Assembly: GCF_001194135.2 (NCBI RefSeq)
Contig: NC_068990.1
Coordinates: 59,308,647 to 59,372,646, forward strand
Length of the DNA stretch: 64,000 nucleotides
Source of the DNA: Octopus bimaculoides
Lineage: Eukaryota
Direction: 5' to 3'
The position numbers and the translations under genes were made by a program. Below the pieces are notes generated by a model. It was given only the letters and a program-made list of their open reading frames with translations, searched no databases and was not told the DNA's origin. Position 1 is the first letter of the stretch. Every line of letters starts with the position of its first letter. Of this stretch, positions 26,601-40,808 are shown piece by piece.

Positions 26601-29443
26601 AACCCAAAAGGATTAAAGGAAAAGTCAACCTCGACAGAATTTGAGCTCAGAATGTAAAGATGGATGAAATGCTGCTACGCATTTTGCCAGGCATGCTACC
26701 TTAATAATAATAATATGCCTGACTGGCTCCCATGCCGGTGGCACGTAAGACACACCATCTGAATGTGGCCGATACCAATGCCCCCTGACTGGCTCCCATG
26801 CCAGTGACATGAAAAAAACACTATCTGAACTTGACCAATGCCAGGCCCGCCTGACTGGCTCCTGTGCTGGTGGCACATAAAAAGCACCCACTACACTCTT
26901 GGTGTTAGGAAGAGCATCCAGCTGTAGAAACATTGCCAGATTAGATTGGAGCCTGGTGCAGCTGCTGGCTCTCCTGACCTCAGTCAAACTCTCCAACCCA
27001 TGCCAGCATGGAAAATGGACGTTAAACGATGATGATGATGATGACATTTTTTTACACAGTAGAAGAATGCTGTTTCTGTTAGTCACTTTATGTAGGTGTT
27101 CATTACATTGTAAACACCGGGTGATTAGTCAAAATTCATTCTCCAATACCAATCAAATGAAAACTTCCTAACTTTATTCTCCACATCTCTACCTCCCAAT
27201 TTCCTTCTGCACTCTTGCAAACTTACCTGCACAAAATCTGTCCAATGAATCTCTCTCTCTCTCTTCCACCACAACATATCTTCCTAATACCCTTCTCCAC
27301 ACCACATGTGTTCACTCACTGCATTCCCATCTCCCACTCTCCTTTCACATCCTTGCAAACTTACCTACCCACTCATCTTATCCAATCTTGAGTACCTTGT
27401 AATTTGTGGGTATATCTGACACTTCGTCTTCAACATTTTCTCTCTCTTTCTCTTTTCACAGCTGGGGCAACCATGCATCGCCTCTGCCGCAAGTTACCAG
27501 GTTCTGTCCTAGTATCATACTCTAACCCCCTCGTCACTTGGCACAAAGCCACCTCCCTCAATACTCCCACCCCCACCTCAGCTGAAGCGTCTTGTAAGTT
27601 ACTTGGTAACTTTGCTGGTGTTAGTGCCACATAAAAAGCACCCAGTACACATGAAGAGTATCTGTTTGTAGAATTCTCCCTCAAAGAAACCTTGTTCAAC
27701 CCATACAAGCAGGAAAAAAGCAAATGTAAGAAAATTACGATAACAAAGGAGAGGAACTCCAAGATAAACACCAAACATATTGGTTGACAAAATGACAAAC
27801 TGATTTTTCACTTGTCTTTCCTTTTTGGTGAGTCTGAATCAGAGTCAAGCTAAATTGTAATATCAGCATTCTGGAGGTCAGTGCAAGTTAACCATAAGTT
27901 TGTAGTCATAAGAATTAAGATCAAGTGTGAAACCCATCTGCATTCATTTTCCCAACAACCATCCTCATCACTCTACTGCTGTTGCCCATCATAAGCTCAT
28001 GTATAAGAGGCTGCACCAGATGTAAATATACCCAATACACTTTACTTTTCACTCTCTCAGTACAGTCAGTCATGAACGATTGTTTCTTCCTCTCATTACA
28101 ATCACTATTTTGACAATTACACTCTTGCGTTCTTTGTACACTCATCCCAGTTCTATCAATATTTTCTCTCTTGGACATACTGTCTTGAGTAAACATATTT
28201 GTGTGAGAGTCATGAGCATACTTTGCTCTCATGGTATGCAAGGCAAAATTTCTTGTGCTAATACCATAGTAAAAATACATCTAGTACAATCTGAAAAGTG
28301 TTTGGTGTGCAAGTAAAGAAAGCATAGGTTCAAAAGGTCCTTTTAGTCCCATCTTGTCAAGGACATGACATCCTCTCTAGTGTTGATGCCACAGTAAAAC
28401 GTGTTGAGAACTATCTTTTAAGTGGTTGGTGACAGGAATAGCATCCAGTCATAGAAATCAAGCCAAAAATGAAATGCACAAGCAAGACATGACCCTCCAA
28501 CCCACCTAATAAGAGTAGTGGTTCCCAATTAAATGACTTGGATCATAGCAATCCATCTAGACCATGCTAATGTGGGAAGCAGGTGTGAATGGTGAAAGGG
28601 CAAGTTTAGTTAACCCTTTAGTATACAGATTATTCAGGCAAATGTAATGCTTATTTATTCACATTGTTTTGGAATTAATCATGCCTTATCTCTTAGCTTT
28701 GATTTCGATGATGTGATTGTTTATTTTTAGAATGACATTGTAGGGCAGGTGTGAGAGGCTGGATCTGACTACTTTGAACATAAAATGGGGAATATTTGAG
28801 CCAGATACGGCCAGTTTGAATGGTAAAGGATTAAAGGTGATTTGGCCATTACATCAGGTGAAGCAAGCATAAAGAAACTTTGTTAATGGTTTGTGTTGTG
28901 AAAACATATATTACGTCAATTTACCTTTAATACAGGAGCTTTTTCTTCACATATCAATGTCCGATATTCAGGGTCCCTTATATCTGTAGCCCATACACGT
29001 CTGTCTCTGCCAGCAGAGTACACAACTGAAAACGATTCATTAGCCTGCGGAAAGAGAGAAGCAAATTTCAATGTTGCCTGAATCAATGATTTTTCTAACT
29101 AAACTTCTTATAATAAAATATTTTAAGTCTCTATTTCCAGAAATAAACAAGAGGGAAACAGGAACATCTTCATCCAAACACTAAAACATAAACCAACCTC
29201 TATTTGGTGGTTTGAACTGCTAGAAACAACGCACTTCACTGAAACTGCACTCTATGTCTTAGAAAGGAAGGCACACATTAGATAATGCAGTCTTAGATGT
29301 GCAGTGCCCAAGACAGGAAGGACGATTATGGTTAGAATATCTGTGCTCACAAGTTTGCTCATTCAGGGCTAACTACATTGTGGTTATTTATGCAGCAGTT
29401 TATGGGTAGTTGAACATTTCATGACATAGTTAAGGTAAAAATG

Positions 29444-29507
<64 letters not shown>

Positions 29508-30505
29508 AACACACATTTGTATGATGGGTTTCTTACAGTTTCTGTCGGCCAAAAGCACTCACAGGGCTTTGGTCTGCTCAAGCAAGGATATAATAGAAGA
29601 CACATGCCTAAGGTGCCACGCACTGAAGCTGATCCTGGAACCATGAGGTTCTTACCACACAGCCACGCCTGCACCTATATATATATTTAAAAATATATTC
29701 TTTTATTAGATTCAGTCATTTGACTGTAGCCATGCTGGAGCACCGCTTTAAAGGGTTTTTTTGTTGAAGAAATCGACCCCAGGATTTATTTTTTGTAAGC
29801 TTAGTATTTATTTTATCATTCTCTGTGACTGAACCATTACGTTGTGGAGACGTGAACACACAAACATCAATTGTCAAGTGATAGTAGTGGGACCAACACA
29901 CACACACACATGCAATGGGCTTCTTTCAATTTCCGACTACCAAATCAACTCACAAGGCTTTGGTCAGCCTGAGGCATTAGCAAAAGACACATGCTTAAGG
30001 TGCCACACAGTGGGACTGAACCTGGAACCATGTGGTTGGGAAGGAAGCTTCTTACCACACAGTCACAAAACTTGAACTGGCTATGATTGCAGGTTACACA
30101 TGGTAGAGAACAACACCATATCCCAACACTGAACTCATAATGGTTAGTACAACCTAGAAGTGTCTTATTATTTTTATAAGTAATTCTCACATTATTGTCA
30201 AATAAGAAAACATTTGTAAATGAAAATTAAGCAAAATTATTAAATCTATCTTTTAGAATGCCATATTTCAACTGAATTGGTTTAAATAAAAACTGAAAAA
30301 GGGGGGAAAGAAAAAAAAACTAACCTGCAACGCCCACACTCCTTCATTATGGACCCGGAATGTGGCCATACACACCTGCTGCCCAATTGACCATAGCCGA
30401 ATTGTACCATCAGAACTGCCAGATAAGCACTAAAATCAAACAATATATTACATAAAATTTCCATTAGCTTCAAAACAATAACAAAGCTTCATTAGATGCA
30501 TATGT

Positions 30506-30537
<32 letters not shown>

Positions 30538-32012
30538 ATTTTGCTGGATACGAAACTAGAAAGTCTATTTACTTAATGTTGAGCTGTCACTTTCTAATGT
30601 ATTTTCAAGCACAGAAGTTGAATTTTGCAGCCAAAAAAGTAGGTCAACTTCTACACCAACATAGACTTGCGTGTTGGTTTTGTATATCTACCAACAAATA
30701 CTTGTTTGAAACATACATTGTTAACCCTTTTGAATTAATCATGCATTATCTTTAGCTTCGAGATTTCAATGGCATGATTGTTTATTTTTAGAATGACATT
30801 GTACGTTAGGTGTGAGCGACTGGATATGGCCAGTTTGAGCATATCAGGTAGTGTATTTGGGCCAGATATAGCCAGTTTAAATGCTAATCATCATATCATC
30901 ATCATCATCGTTTAACGTCCACTTTCCATGCTAGCATGGGTTGGATGATTTGACTGAGGACTGGCAAGCCAGAAGGCTGCGCCAGACTCCAATCTGATTG
31001 GGCAGAGTTTCTACAACTAGATACCCTTCCTAACGCCAACCACTCCGAGAGTGTAGTGGGTGCTTTTACGTGCCACCGGCACAAGGGCCAGCCACACGGT
31101 ACTGGCAATGGCCACGATATATATATATATATATATATATCATCATTTAACATCTGTTTTCCATGCTATCATGCTTCATTGTCTGTTCTGGTTTAGTTTC
31201 TACAGCTGGATGCCCTTCCTAACACCAATCACTCCAAAGAGTGTACTGGATGTTTTTTATGTGGCACCAGCACCNNNNNNNNNNNNNNNNNNNNNNNNNN
31301 NNNNNNNNNNNNNNNNNNNNNNNNNNNNNNNNNNNNNNNNNNNNNNNNNNNNNNNNNNNNNNNNNNTATATATATATATATATAATCGTTTTGATATCCA
31401 CTTTCCCATGCTTGCATGGGTTGAATGGAGTTTATATATATATATATATATCATCATTTAACATCTGTTTTCCATGCTATCATGCTTCATTGTCTGTTCT
31501 GGTTTAGTTTCTACAGCTGGATGCCCTTCCTAACACCAATCACTCCAAAGAGTGTACTGGATGTTTTTTATGTGGCACCAGCACCGGTTATCAATTCTAC
31601 TGTGGTGAACAGGTCTTCTTGAGTACCGTAAGATGCCAGATATCTCATACATATATATATATAAGCAAAAACAAAGTATTACTGAAATAAAATGTGTAAA
31701 GTATTTCAATAATATATATAATGCAGATTCTATGACCCTTCTAATTCCATTCAGTTTCTCAAATAATCTACAGTAAGGAAGTGGAAACCTGTACTTTCTT
31801 AAAATTTAAGTTAGGGTTATATTCCATGCTTATTAATTGTAATAAACTACTGCAAACAGAAAGTAATTGGAAATGTGATAAATTGAATACAACACTTCAT
31901 TTAGCAGTTTGTATTAAATTGTCTTTAAATATAGCTTCTTATAATTGCAATCTATTCCACTCCCCCTCCACCACCACCTTCATTTAGCTAAATTATGCAG
32001 CCTGGATCAAGC

Positions 32013-32047
<35 letters not shown>

Positions 32048-35000
32048 GTTTAACGTCCGCTTTCCATGCTAGCATGGGTTGGACGATTTGACTGAGGACT
32101 GGTGAAACCGGATGGCAACACCAGGCTCCAGTCTGATTTGGCAGAGTTTCTACAGCTGGATGCCCTTCCTAACGCCAACCACTCAGAGAGTGTAGTGGGT
32201 GCTTTTACGTGTCACCCGCACGAAAACGGCCACGCTCGAAATGGTGTCTTTTATGTGCNNNNNNNNNNNNNNNNNNNNNNNNNNNNNNNNNNNNNNNNNN
32301 NNNNNNNNNNNNNNNNNNNNNNNNNNNNNNNNNNNNNNNNNNNNNNNNNNNNNNNNNNNNNNNNNNNNNNNNNNNNNNNNNNNNNNNNNNNNNNNNNNNN
32401 NNNNNNNNNNNNNNNNNNNNNNNNNNNNNNNNNNNNNNNNNNNNNNNNNNNNNNNNNNNNNNNNNNNNNNNNNNNNNNNNNNNNNNNNNNNNNNNNNNNN
32501 NNNNNNNNNNNNNNNNNNNNNNNNNNNNNNNNNNNNNNNNNNNNNNNNNNNNNNNNNNNNNNNNNNNNNNNNNNNNNNNNNNNNNNNNNNNNNNNNNNNN
32601 NNNNNNNNNNNNNNNNNNNNNNNNNNNNNNNNNNNNNNNNNNNNNNNNNNNNNNNNNNNNNNNNNNNNNNNNNNNNNNNNNNNNNNNNNNNNNNNNNNNN
32701 NNNNNNNNNNNNNNNNNNNNNNNNNNNNNNNNNNNNNNNNNNNNNNNNNNNNNNNNNNGGTATTCACATTGACATTACACATCCAACGGAGCATACTGGC
32801 TTCATTCCTTGCGAGCTTACGTATGTCCTCAGCAGTTACAGCCCATGTTTCACTGCCATGTAGCATGGTTGTTCGTACGCATGCGTCATACAGTCTGCCT
32901 TTTACTCTGAGTGAGAGTCCCTTTGTCGCCAGCAGGGGTAAGAGCTCTCTAAACTTTGCCCAGGCTATTCTTATTCTAGCAGCTACACTTTCAGCGCACC
33001 CACCCCCACTACTAACTTGGTCGCCCAGATAGCGGAAGCTATCGACTACCTCTAGTTTTTCACCCTGGAAAAACTATATTTAGTTAGAAGGATGTTAATA
33101 AGTACAAAAGGATTCATGTTTATCTGAAAATGTCTAATAAGAACTCACATCAGAACAATGATGAAATACAAAGGTTTGTAACAATTAGGGGTAGTTTATC
33201 CTGTTCAGGCTATATTATTAGTATTATTCTGCGATTGAGAATGTAAAATCACTTCTTTAACTTTCTAAGACATCTCAGCGCTTCTAAAAGCAAACTTCGT
33301 TTGTTAATTTACGTTTGTCATAATTTGAATTTAATATATATATCATCATTTAATGCCCGCTTTCCATGCTGGCATGGGTTGGATGGTTTGACAGAGTTGG
33401 CCAGACTCCAATTGTCTGTTGAGGCATGGTTTTTATGGCTAGATGCCCTTCCTAACCCCAATCACTTAACAGAATGTGCTGGGTGTGTTTCTGTAACACT
33501 GCCATGGGTGCATTTATGCAGTACTGACACATGTGCTGTTAATGTGGCACCAGAACCTGAAAGGACAAGCTTGTGTATGTGGAAGACAGCAATTTTACTT
33601 GGCTTGGCGTGTCTTATCAAGTACAGCAAATCACCACATCTCCTGGTCCCTTGTCATTTCCTCTGTGAGGAGGCCCAGCATCTGAAGATCCTTTCTCACC
33701 CCTTCATCACATGTCTTCCTGAGTCTACCCCTTCCACAGGTACCCTCCACAATCAGAGCTTGGCACTTCTTTACACAGCTGTCCTCATCCATCACATAAC
33801 GTTTGAGAACAATGATAAAAGAGAAAAAAAAAACTCAGACACAAAATATTAACTAACCTGAGTACCATCTCTGTTCAGTACAATAGCTTTGACGTTATCC
33901 CCATGACCTTTCAACTTCATCATTTTCTGACACGTACGAGGATCCCACACTCTTAAAATTTTTTCTGTAGACCCAGATACAATGACTGTTCCAGGAGGAT
34001 TCATCGCTAAACTGTAGATGGAATCCTTGTTACCATTAAGGCTGGAAGCTGGAAAGAAGAAAGAAGTAAAAAACGTTACTGTTTAAGTGCAAAAGCTGAT
34101 ACTTGACTTTATAATCAATTTGAGACACAAAAGAAAAATTGACCCATCAATAGGATTTGAATCATCCATCCATCACTAACTGGGCAACTGTACTTATTAA
34201 TTACAGCGCAGAGCATCTGCCATTCATGTTACTCAATTTAGGAACTATACATTATTTCTATTATTCTTAACTAAATTATTTTATCTCCACAAGACTCAAA
34301 CTGTGAAGACCCATCCAAAGCATGCCAGCAGGAAAAAAAAACATCATCATTATCATCATCATGGTGGTAGTAATGATGATGATGATGATGATGATAATAC
34401 CAACATGCTTTCTAAGACGGTCAATCAAGAAAGTTGCAAGTAAACATTAGGTTATATAAAATAAGATTTAGGAATAAGATAATAAAATGTTTAATTAGAA
34501 GTAATTCTTCGGCTATGAAGTTTTACTCTTTGCATTAAAATATCTCAGTGCTCCGATTAATCTCACAAGACAATCTGATAAGTCGACTCAATATATAATT
34601 CTCATCTCTATAATTAATGAAGCAATTTACATGACCAACATATATTACAACAGACATGGTTATTAACAATAATTAAATGGTTGTATTCTCTGTTTGATAA
34701 GTAGCTGATTCTTTAACCGAAGACTTATTAGAAGCAAACAGTTTAATGGATTAATAAAGACACATCAGTTCCAGGAGGAAATCAGACAAGAGATTAATTA
34801 AAGATCAAGTTTATAAGACATCGGCTCCAACCATGTAAACAGATTTTTATTTTCTGGCGAGGGTGATCACTTTTCCAAGACAAAACTATTACATTCAAAT
34901 GTAGTTGCAAGACAAATATATCAAATACAGATGCAAATCATCATTGTCATCATCACCATCAATATTGGTTTTGAATTTTGGTACAAGGCCAACAATTTTG

Positions 35001-38000
35001 GGGGAAGGATAAGCCGCTTAGATTGACCCCCAGAATCCAAAAGATGAATAGCAAAGTTTATCGTGGTGGAATTTGAATTCAGAACACAAAGACAGAAAAA
35101 ATGCTGCAAAGTATTTTGCCCAGATGCGTAAGGTGCTAACGATTCTGCCAACTCATCGGATATTTTTTCTGATATCAACCCTTGTCTTTCAAGTAAGAAA
35201 CTTAATTCCAAGATCCCACATGCACAGATGGGCTGCCAGACAGTTTGTCTATTGGACATGAATATCACTGCCAACTGACCTGTCAATGAGAAAGCATGTA
35301 TATGCATGCGCGTGCACACACACACAGAGGCTTCCTTTTGAGATTCTGTCAGCAAAATTTTATCGATAAGTCATGTATCAACCCAAAGCTAGGACACCTG
35401 CCAAAATGTCACACTGCAGGACAAAACATGAAACTAGAAGGTTGCAAAATGAACTTTTGAACCACCCAGCCATACCTGTTAAATGTAAATGCAAGACAGG
35501 TATCTTATATTCTTTTCTTTTACTTGTTTCAGTCATTTGACTGCAGCCATGCTGGAGCACTGCTTTGAAGTGTCTTAGTCAAACAAATTGACCCCAGGAC
35601 TTACTTTTTAAGTCTATCAGTCTCTTTAGCTGAACCGCTAGGTTACGGAGATGTAAACACGCCAACACTGGTTGTAATGTGGTGATGAGGTGACAAGCAC
35701 AGACACAAAGACACACACATATATATACAATGGGATTCTTTCAGTTTCAGTCTACCAAATCCACTTACAATGCTTTGGTTGGCCTGAGGCTATAGCAGAA
35801 GACTGAACCTAGAACAATATGGTTGGGAAACAAGCTTCTTTATTTCATTGGATTTGCCACATGGGCAGTACATAGAAGCAATGTGGGCTAGACAATCACA
35901 TTAATGGGATGAGAAATTACGTATATGAATGTTATAAATGGGAAGGGTATTCGGTGCCCGCCGACCGAACACCCCTTGAATTCAGTTTCTTTTACACAAT
36001 ATATTAATACAATCAATATAACAATACAACAATATACAACAAAATGACTCTCCCCAGACACAACAGAATATACAACAATATATATATATATATACATATA
36101 TATNNNNNNNNNNNNNNNNNNNNNNNNNNNNNNNNNNNNNNNNNNNNNNNNNNNNNNNNNNNNNNNNNNNNNNNNNNNNNNNNNNNNNNNNNNNNNNNNN
36201 NNNNNNNNNNNNNNNNNNNNNNNNNNNNNNNNNNNNNNNNNNNNNNNNNNNNNNNNNNNNNNNNNNNNNNNNNNNNNNNNNNNNNNNNNNNNNNNNNNNN
36301 NNNNNNNNNNNNNNNNNNNNNNNNNNNNNNNNNNNNNNNNNNNNNNNNNNNNNNNNNNNNNNNNNNNNNNNNNNNNNNNNNNNNNNNNNNNNNNNNNNNN
36401 NNNNNNNNNNNNNNNNNNNNNNNNNNNNNNNNNNNNNNNNNNNNNNNNNNNNNNNNNNNNNNNNNNNNNNNNNNNNNNNNNNNNNNNNNNNNNNNNNNNN
36501 NNNNNNNNNNNNNNNNNNNNNNNNNNCCTACATTTTGTGTCTTTTACTTGTTTCAGTCATTGGACTGTGACCATGTTGGGGCACTGCCTTGGGTTTTAGC
36601 CAAACAGATAAACTCCAGTATTTTTTTTCTTAAATCTGAGCACTTATTCTATAAGCCATTTTTGCTGAGGTGTGGCTTTCTAACCATATGGTTCTGGATT
36701 TAGTACCATTGTATAGCGCCTTGAGCAAGTGTCTTCCGTTTTAGCCTCAGGCCAACCAAAGCCTTGCAAGTGGATTTTGTAGAATGAAACTGAAAGAAGC
36801 CCGGTGTACATATTCTTTTACTTGTTTCAGTCATTTGACAGTGGCCATGCTGGAGCACTGCCTTAAAGGGTTTTTAGTTGAAGAAATTGACCCCAGAACC
36901 TATTCTTTGTAAGCCTAGTACTTATTCTATCAGTTTCTTTTACTGAACTGCCAAGTTAAAGTGATGTAAACATACCAACATTGATTGTCAAGTGATGGTG
37001 GAGGTGTGGGGGCAAACACACACACACACACACACATATATACGACAGGCTTCTTTCAGTTTCCATCAACCAAATCCACTCACAAGGCTTTGGTCAATCC
37101 GAGGCTATAGTGAAAGACTCTTGCCCAAGGTACCACATGGGAAAACTGAACCCAGAACCAAATGGTTGGAAAGCAAGCTTCTTACCACACAACCGTGCCT
37201 GTATCTATCTATGTATATATATTTATGTGTTTGTGTCTGTGTTTGTCCCCCATGCACCACCACTTGACAACTGGTGGTGGGGCGTTTACATCCCTATAAC
37301 TTAGAGGTTTGGCAAAAGAAACTGATAGAGTAAATACCAGGCTTAAAAAAAAAAAAAATGAACACTGGCATCAATTTATTAAACTAAATTTCTTCAAGGC
37401 AGTGCCCTAGCATGGCTGCAGATTAGTGACAGAAACAAGTAAAAAAAAGAGGATTAAAAGAAGGCTAAATCACAAGGAAATAAATATTTGTCATCAAGCA
37501 GTGGTGGGGTGAGCAGCCGAACACTGGCACAAAGACATACGCATATTTATGACAGGCTTACACAAAGTTTCTGTCTACCAGCTAAATTTAAATGTTATTG
37601 CAAAATAAATTGTATTAAATTTCAAGGCCCAGCACACAGCTGTTCTCAGTGTCATGTAGGAATATATGTGTGTGGTCTAAAGCACCAAAGTAATATTGCA
37701 CAACAGGAGTAAAGTCAGCACTTGAACCTCTTAACTAACACCAGTCTATAGAGTCAATACTACAAACAATGGATGAGAAGCTGTCATTATATAGCTTTTA
37801 CAGAAACCATGAATATATCACAAGCAGCTATATCATTATTTAATGACTGTTAAAAAGTCATTAAATAATAATATAGACTGGTGTTAGTTAAGAGGTTCAA
37901 GTGCTGACTTTACTCCTGTTGTACAATATTACTTTGGTGCTTTAGACCACACACATATATTCCTACATGACACTGAGAACAGCTGTGTGTTGGGCCTTGA

Positions 38001-40387
38001 AATTTATTACTAGTAGTAGTAGTAGTAAGCGGAGCTAAAAAAATGCATTTAGAAGAAACAGGTGCAGTTTACAAACAGATCAACTTAAACAGCTGACAAA
38101 CAACAGAAATAAACAAGGAACTGAGTGAGAAAATGTCTCTAATGAATAGTCATGAATAACTTTGTAAGGTGGAGCTGAGGTGTTACTTGGTGAGCAGAGT
38201 ACCAGATTACATACTTGATAATAACTATAGAATAATTTGGGTGTTTATAATTCTGAGGGTTTGACTACTACTTAAATCTGAGCTAATTGTTGCAGCTCTC
38301 CAACACTGTGGGTCGATAATGATCTTTATTTTGAACCAGAGAAGAGACTGCAGCATGCATGACCTTTTACACGGCTTCCAAGACTGTTAGATACTTCCTG
38401 ATTTTTCAAATTACTTTGTGATTTCGTGTGGCTTATGTAGCCACAGGATTTTGACAGGTAATCTCTGTCACAAAGACTAAATTTCCAACTCTTAATCTCA
38501 TCTGGTGCATCAATGATACCTCCTTTTCTCAAAGTATATTTTAACTGTGCATGCTGCTTTTTGGCTAGCTCAAACCTAGCAATACCTTCCTTTGACAGAA
38601 ACCTAGAAGACTAAATCGTTCATCAATACAATCCTTGCATTGTTTCTTTGGTTTATGTTGTAGTCATTTTCTGAATTGTAACTTTACATAAAATAACTGT
38701 TTAGATGATCTCACATCTGACATATCTACAGGAGGCCCTGCCGATCGCAAATGATTTGGTCATAAGTGTGACTCAATAGACACACAACTAGTAGCAAATC
38801 TTTCCATTTTACCTTTTATCTTTTTTGATGCCTATTATGAGTAGCCCATGTCTTAGAAACATACAACAGTGTTGTCAGTATGCAGGCTTGTATATGCTAA
38901 TTTTTGTGTGAGCTGTAATACCACAATCCACAACACTTTTTCTCTAGTTTGCTAAATTATGTACTCACTTTTCAACTCATCATCATTTAAGGTCGGTTTC
39001 CATGCTGGCATGAGTTGGACTGTTTGGCAGAAGCAGACCAACTGAAGGGCTGTTCGGGTTTCATATCTGATTTGGAATGGTTTCTACAGTTGGATGCCCT
39101 TCCTAATGCCAATCACTTTACAGAGTGTATTGGGTGCTTTTACACAGCACCGACATGAGTGTTTTTTACAAGGCACCAGCACCGACAAGCCCATGAGATT
39201 AGGGATGCTCAGCTGGAAAGGGTTGCAGGAGGGTGAGCCTGTATGCAAGGGCAACCACACTTTTACTTAGCTTGACATGCACAGCAAAGTGTCAGGAGTC
39301 TTGGTCCCCTGTCATCCCTTCTGATCCCCTCTCAATATAATTTCAAAATCCAGGCTACATTCATTAGACAAGCATGGAAATGTATCCACCACTCCTAATA
39401 TTGTGTTGAATAGTGTTCACCAGGTACCAGTGTGAACATCACCTCGGTCATTCCTGTAATTAGACTGTAGTAGCAATCCCTCTACTTTGTTTGAATCCAT
39501 CTTGGTGTTGGTTATTAGCTGATTATTAGAATTGTAAATCTTTGTCCTAAACACAAAGTTCAAAACTTCAGACAACTGTTGTAACTGTGTATTAATGTAC
39601 AGCAATGTTACCGGAATGTGACACCATAAAACTGCGTTTAGCATTGAACTTTAAATACTTCCAACTGTATGTAAGCCATGTAAGACACAAGCAACATTGA
39701 CATAATGATATCACAGACAGAGTAGATGAATATAGCAGACAGATAATACTAGGTACCTTCACAAATTAATGATAGAATACTATAAATATAATACTTACTT
39801 GTGACAGTATTATTGGATGCAGTAAGAGCTGTCAGTGTATTGACGTCCCATAGGAAAATAGCCCGATCAAAACCAGCTGAGGCTACTTGTTCACGGTCTT
39901 TTGCATAAGCCAAGGCCTTCACATAATCCTATAAAACAATACCAAAAGATATTAACCAAAAATGTAAAATTAAAATTATTGATGAGAAAATTGGCTACAT
40001 TACGTTGATGTTTTGAAATTCATAGAATACTGTTAATATCAATCTTGAAGAGCAAACAATGGTTTCAAATTTTGGTAAAGGACAGTAGATTTTGAGGGGA
40101 GGGGGAAGTCAATTAGACTGACTCCAGTACTTAACTGGTACTTATTTTATCGAGCCTGAAAGAATGAACAGCAATGAATGGCAGAATTTGAACTCAAAAC
40201 ATGAAGGCAGATGAAATACTGCTAAGTATTTCACCAGGTATGCTAATGATTCTGCCAGCTCACCAATTTAGAAGGAAAAAAAAATATTGATGACCAAACT
40301 GATCATGTTATATCAATGTTTTTAAAATTCATAGAATATTGCCAATATCAATATTGAAGAATAAAATAATAATAATCACAAATATTT

Positions 40388-40468
<81 letters not shown>

Positions 40469-40771
40469 AATTGCAGCGTGGAAGGTGTTTATAAGCCATT
40501 TAAAAACACACATAAACCGTTAGATTCATTTCAACATTTAAATTTAATCTGTCAAAATATTTTCGTCGCTTTGAGACCGCGACCTGTTCACTGACAAAAT
40601 TCTGTGGTGCATCTGAGATTTTGACAAATTAAAAAGATTTAAATGTTGAAGCGAATTTAACGGTCTTTGTGTGTTATTTTAAATGGCTTATAAACACCTT
40701 CCGCGCTGCAATTGTTTTCGTTCCAGCACACGATCTCAGATCAGGTCACTTGCTATGCAAGTACATCTCCA

Positions 40772-40808
<37 letters not shown>

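Noticed and set aside
31141-31585. 134-bp identical direct repeat (31141-31274, 31452-31585)
   Set aside because: Brackets an N gap and is 100% identical; most likely unmerged contig overlap
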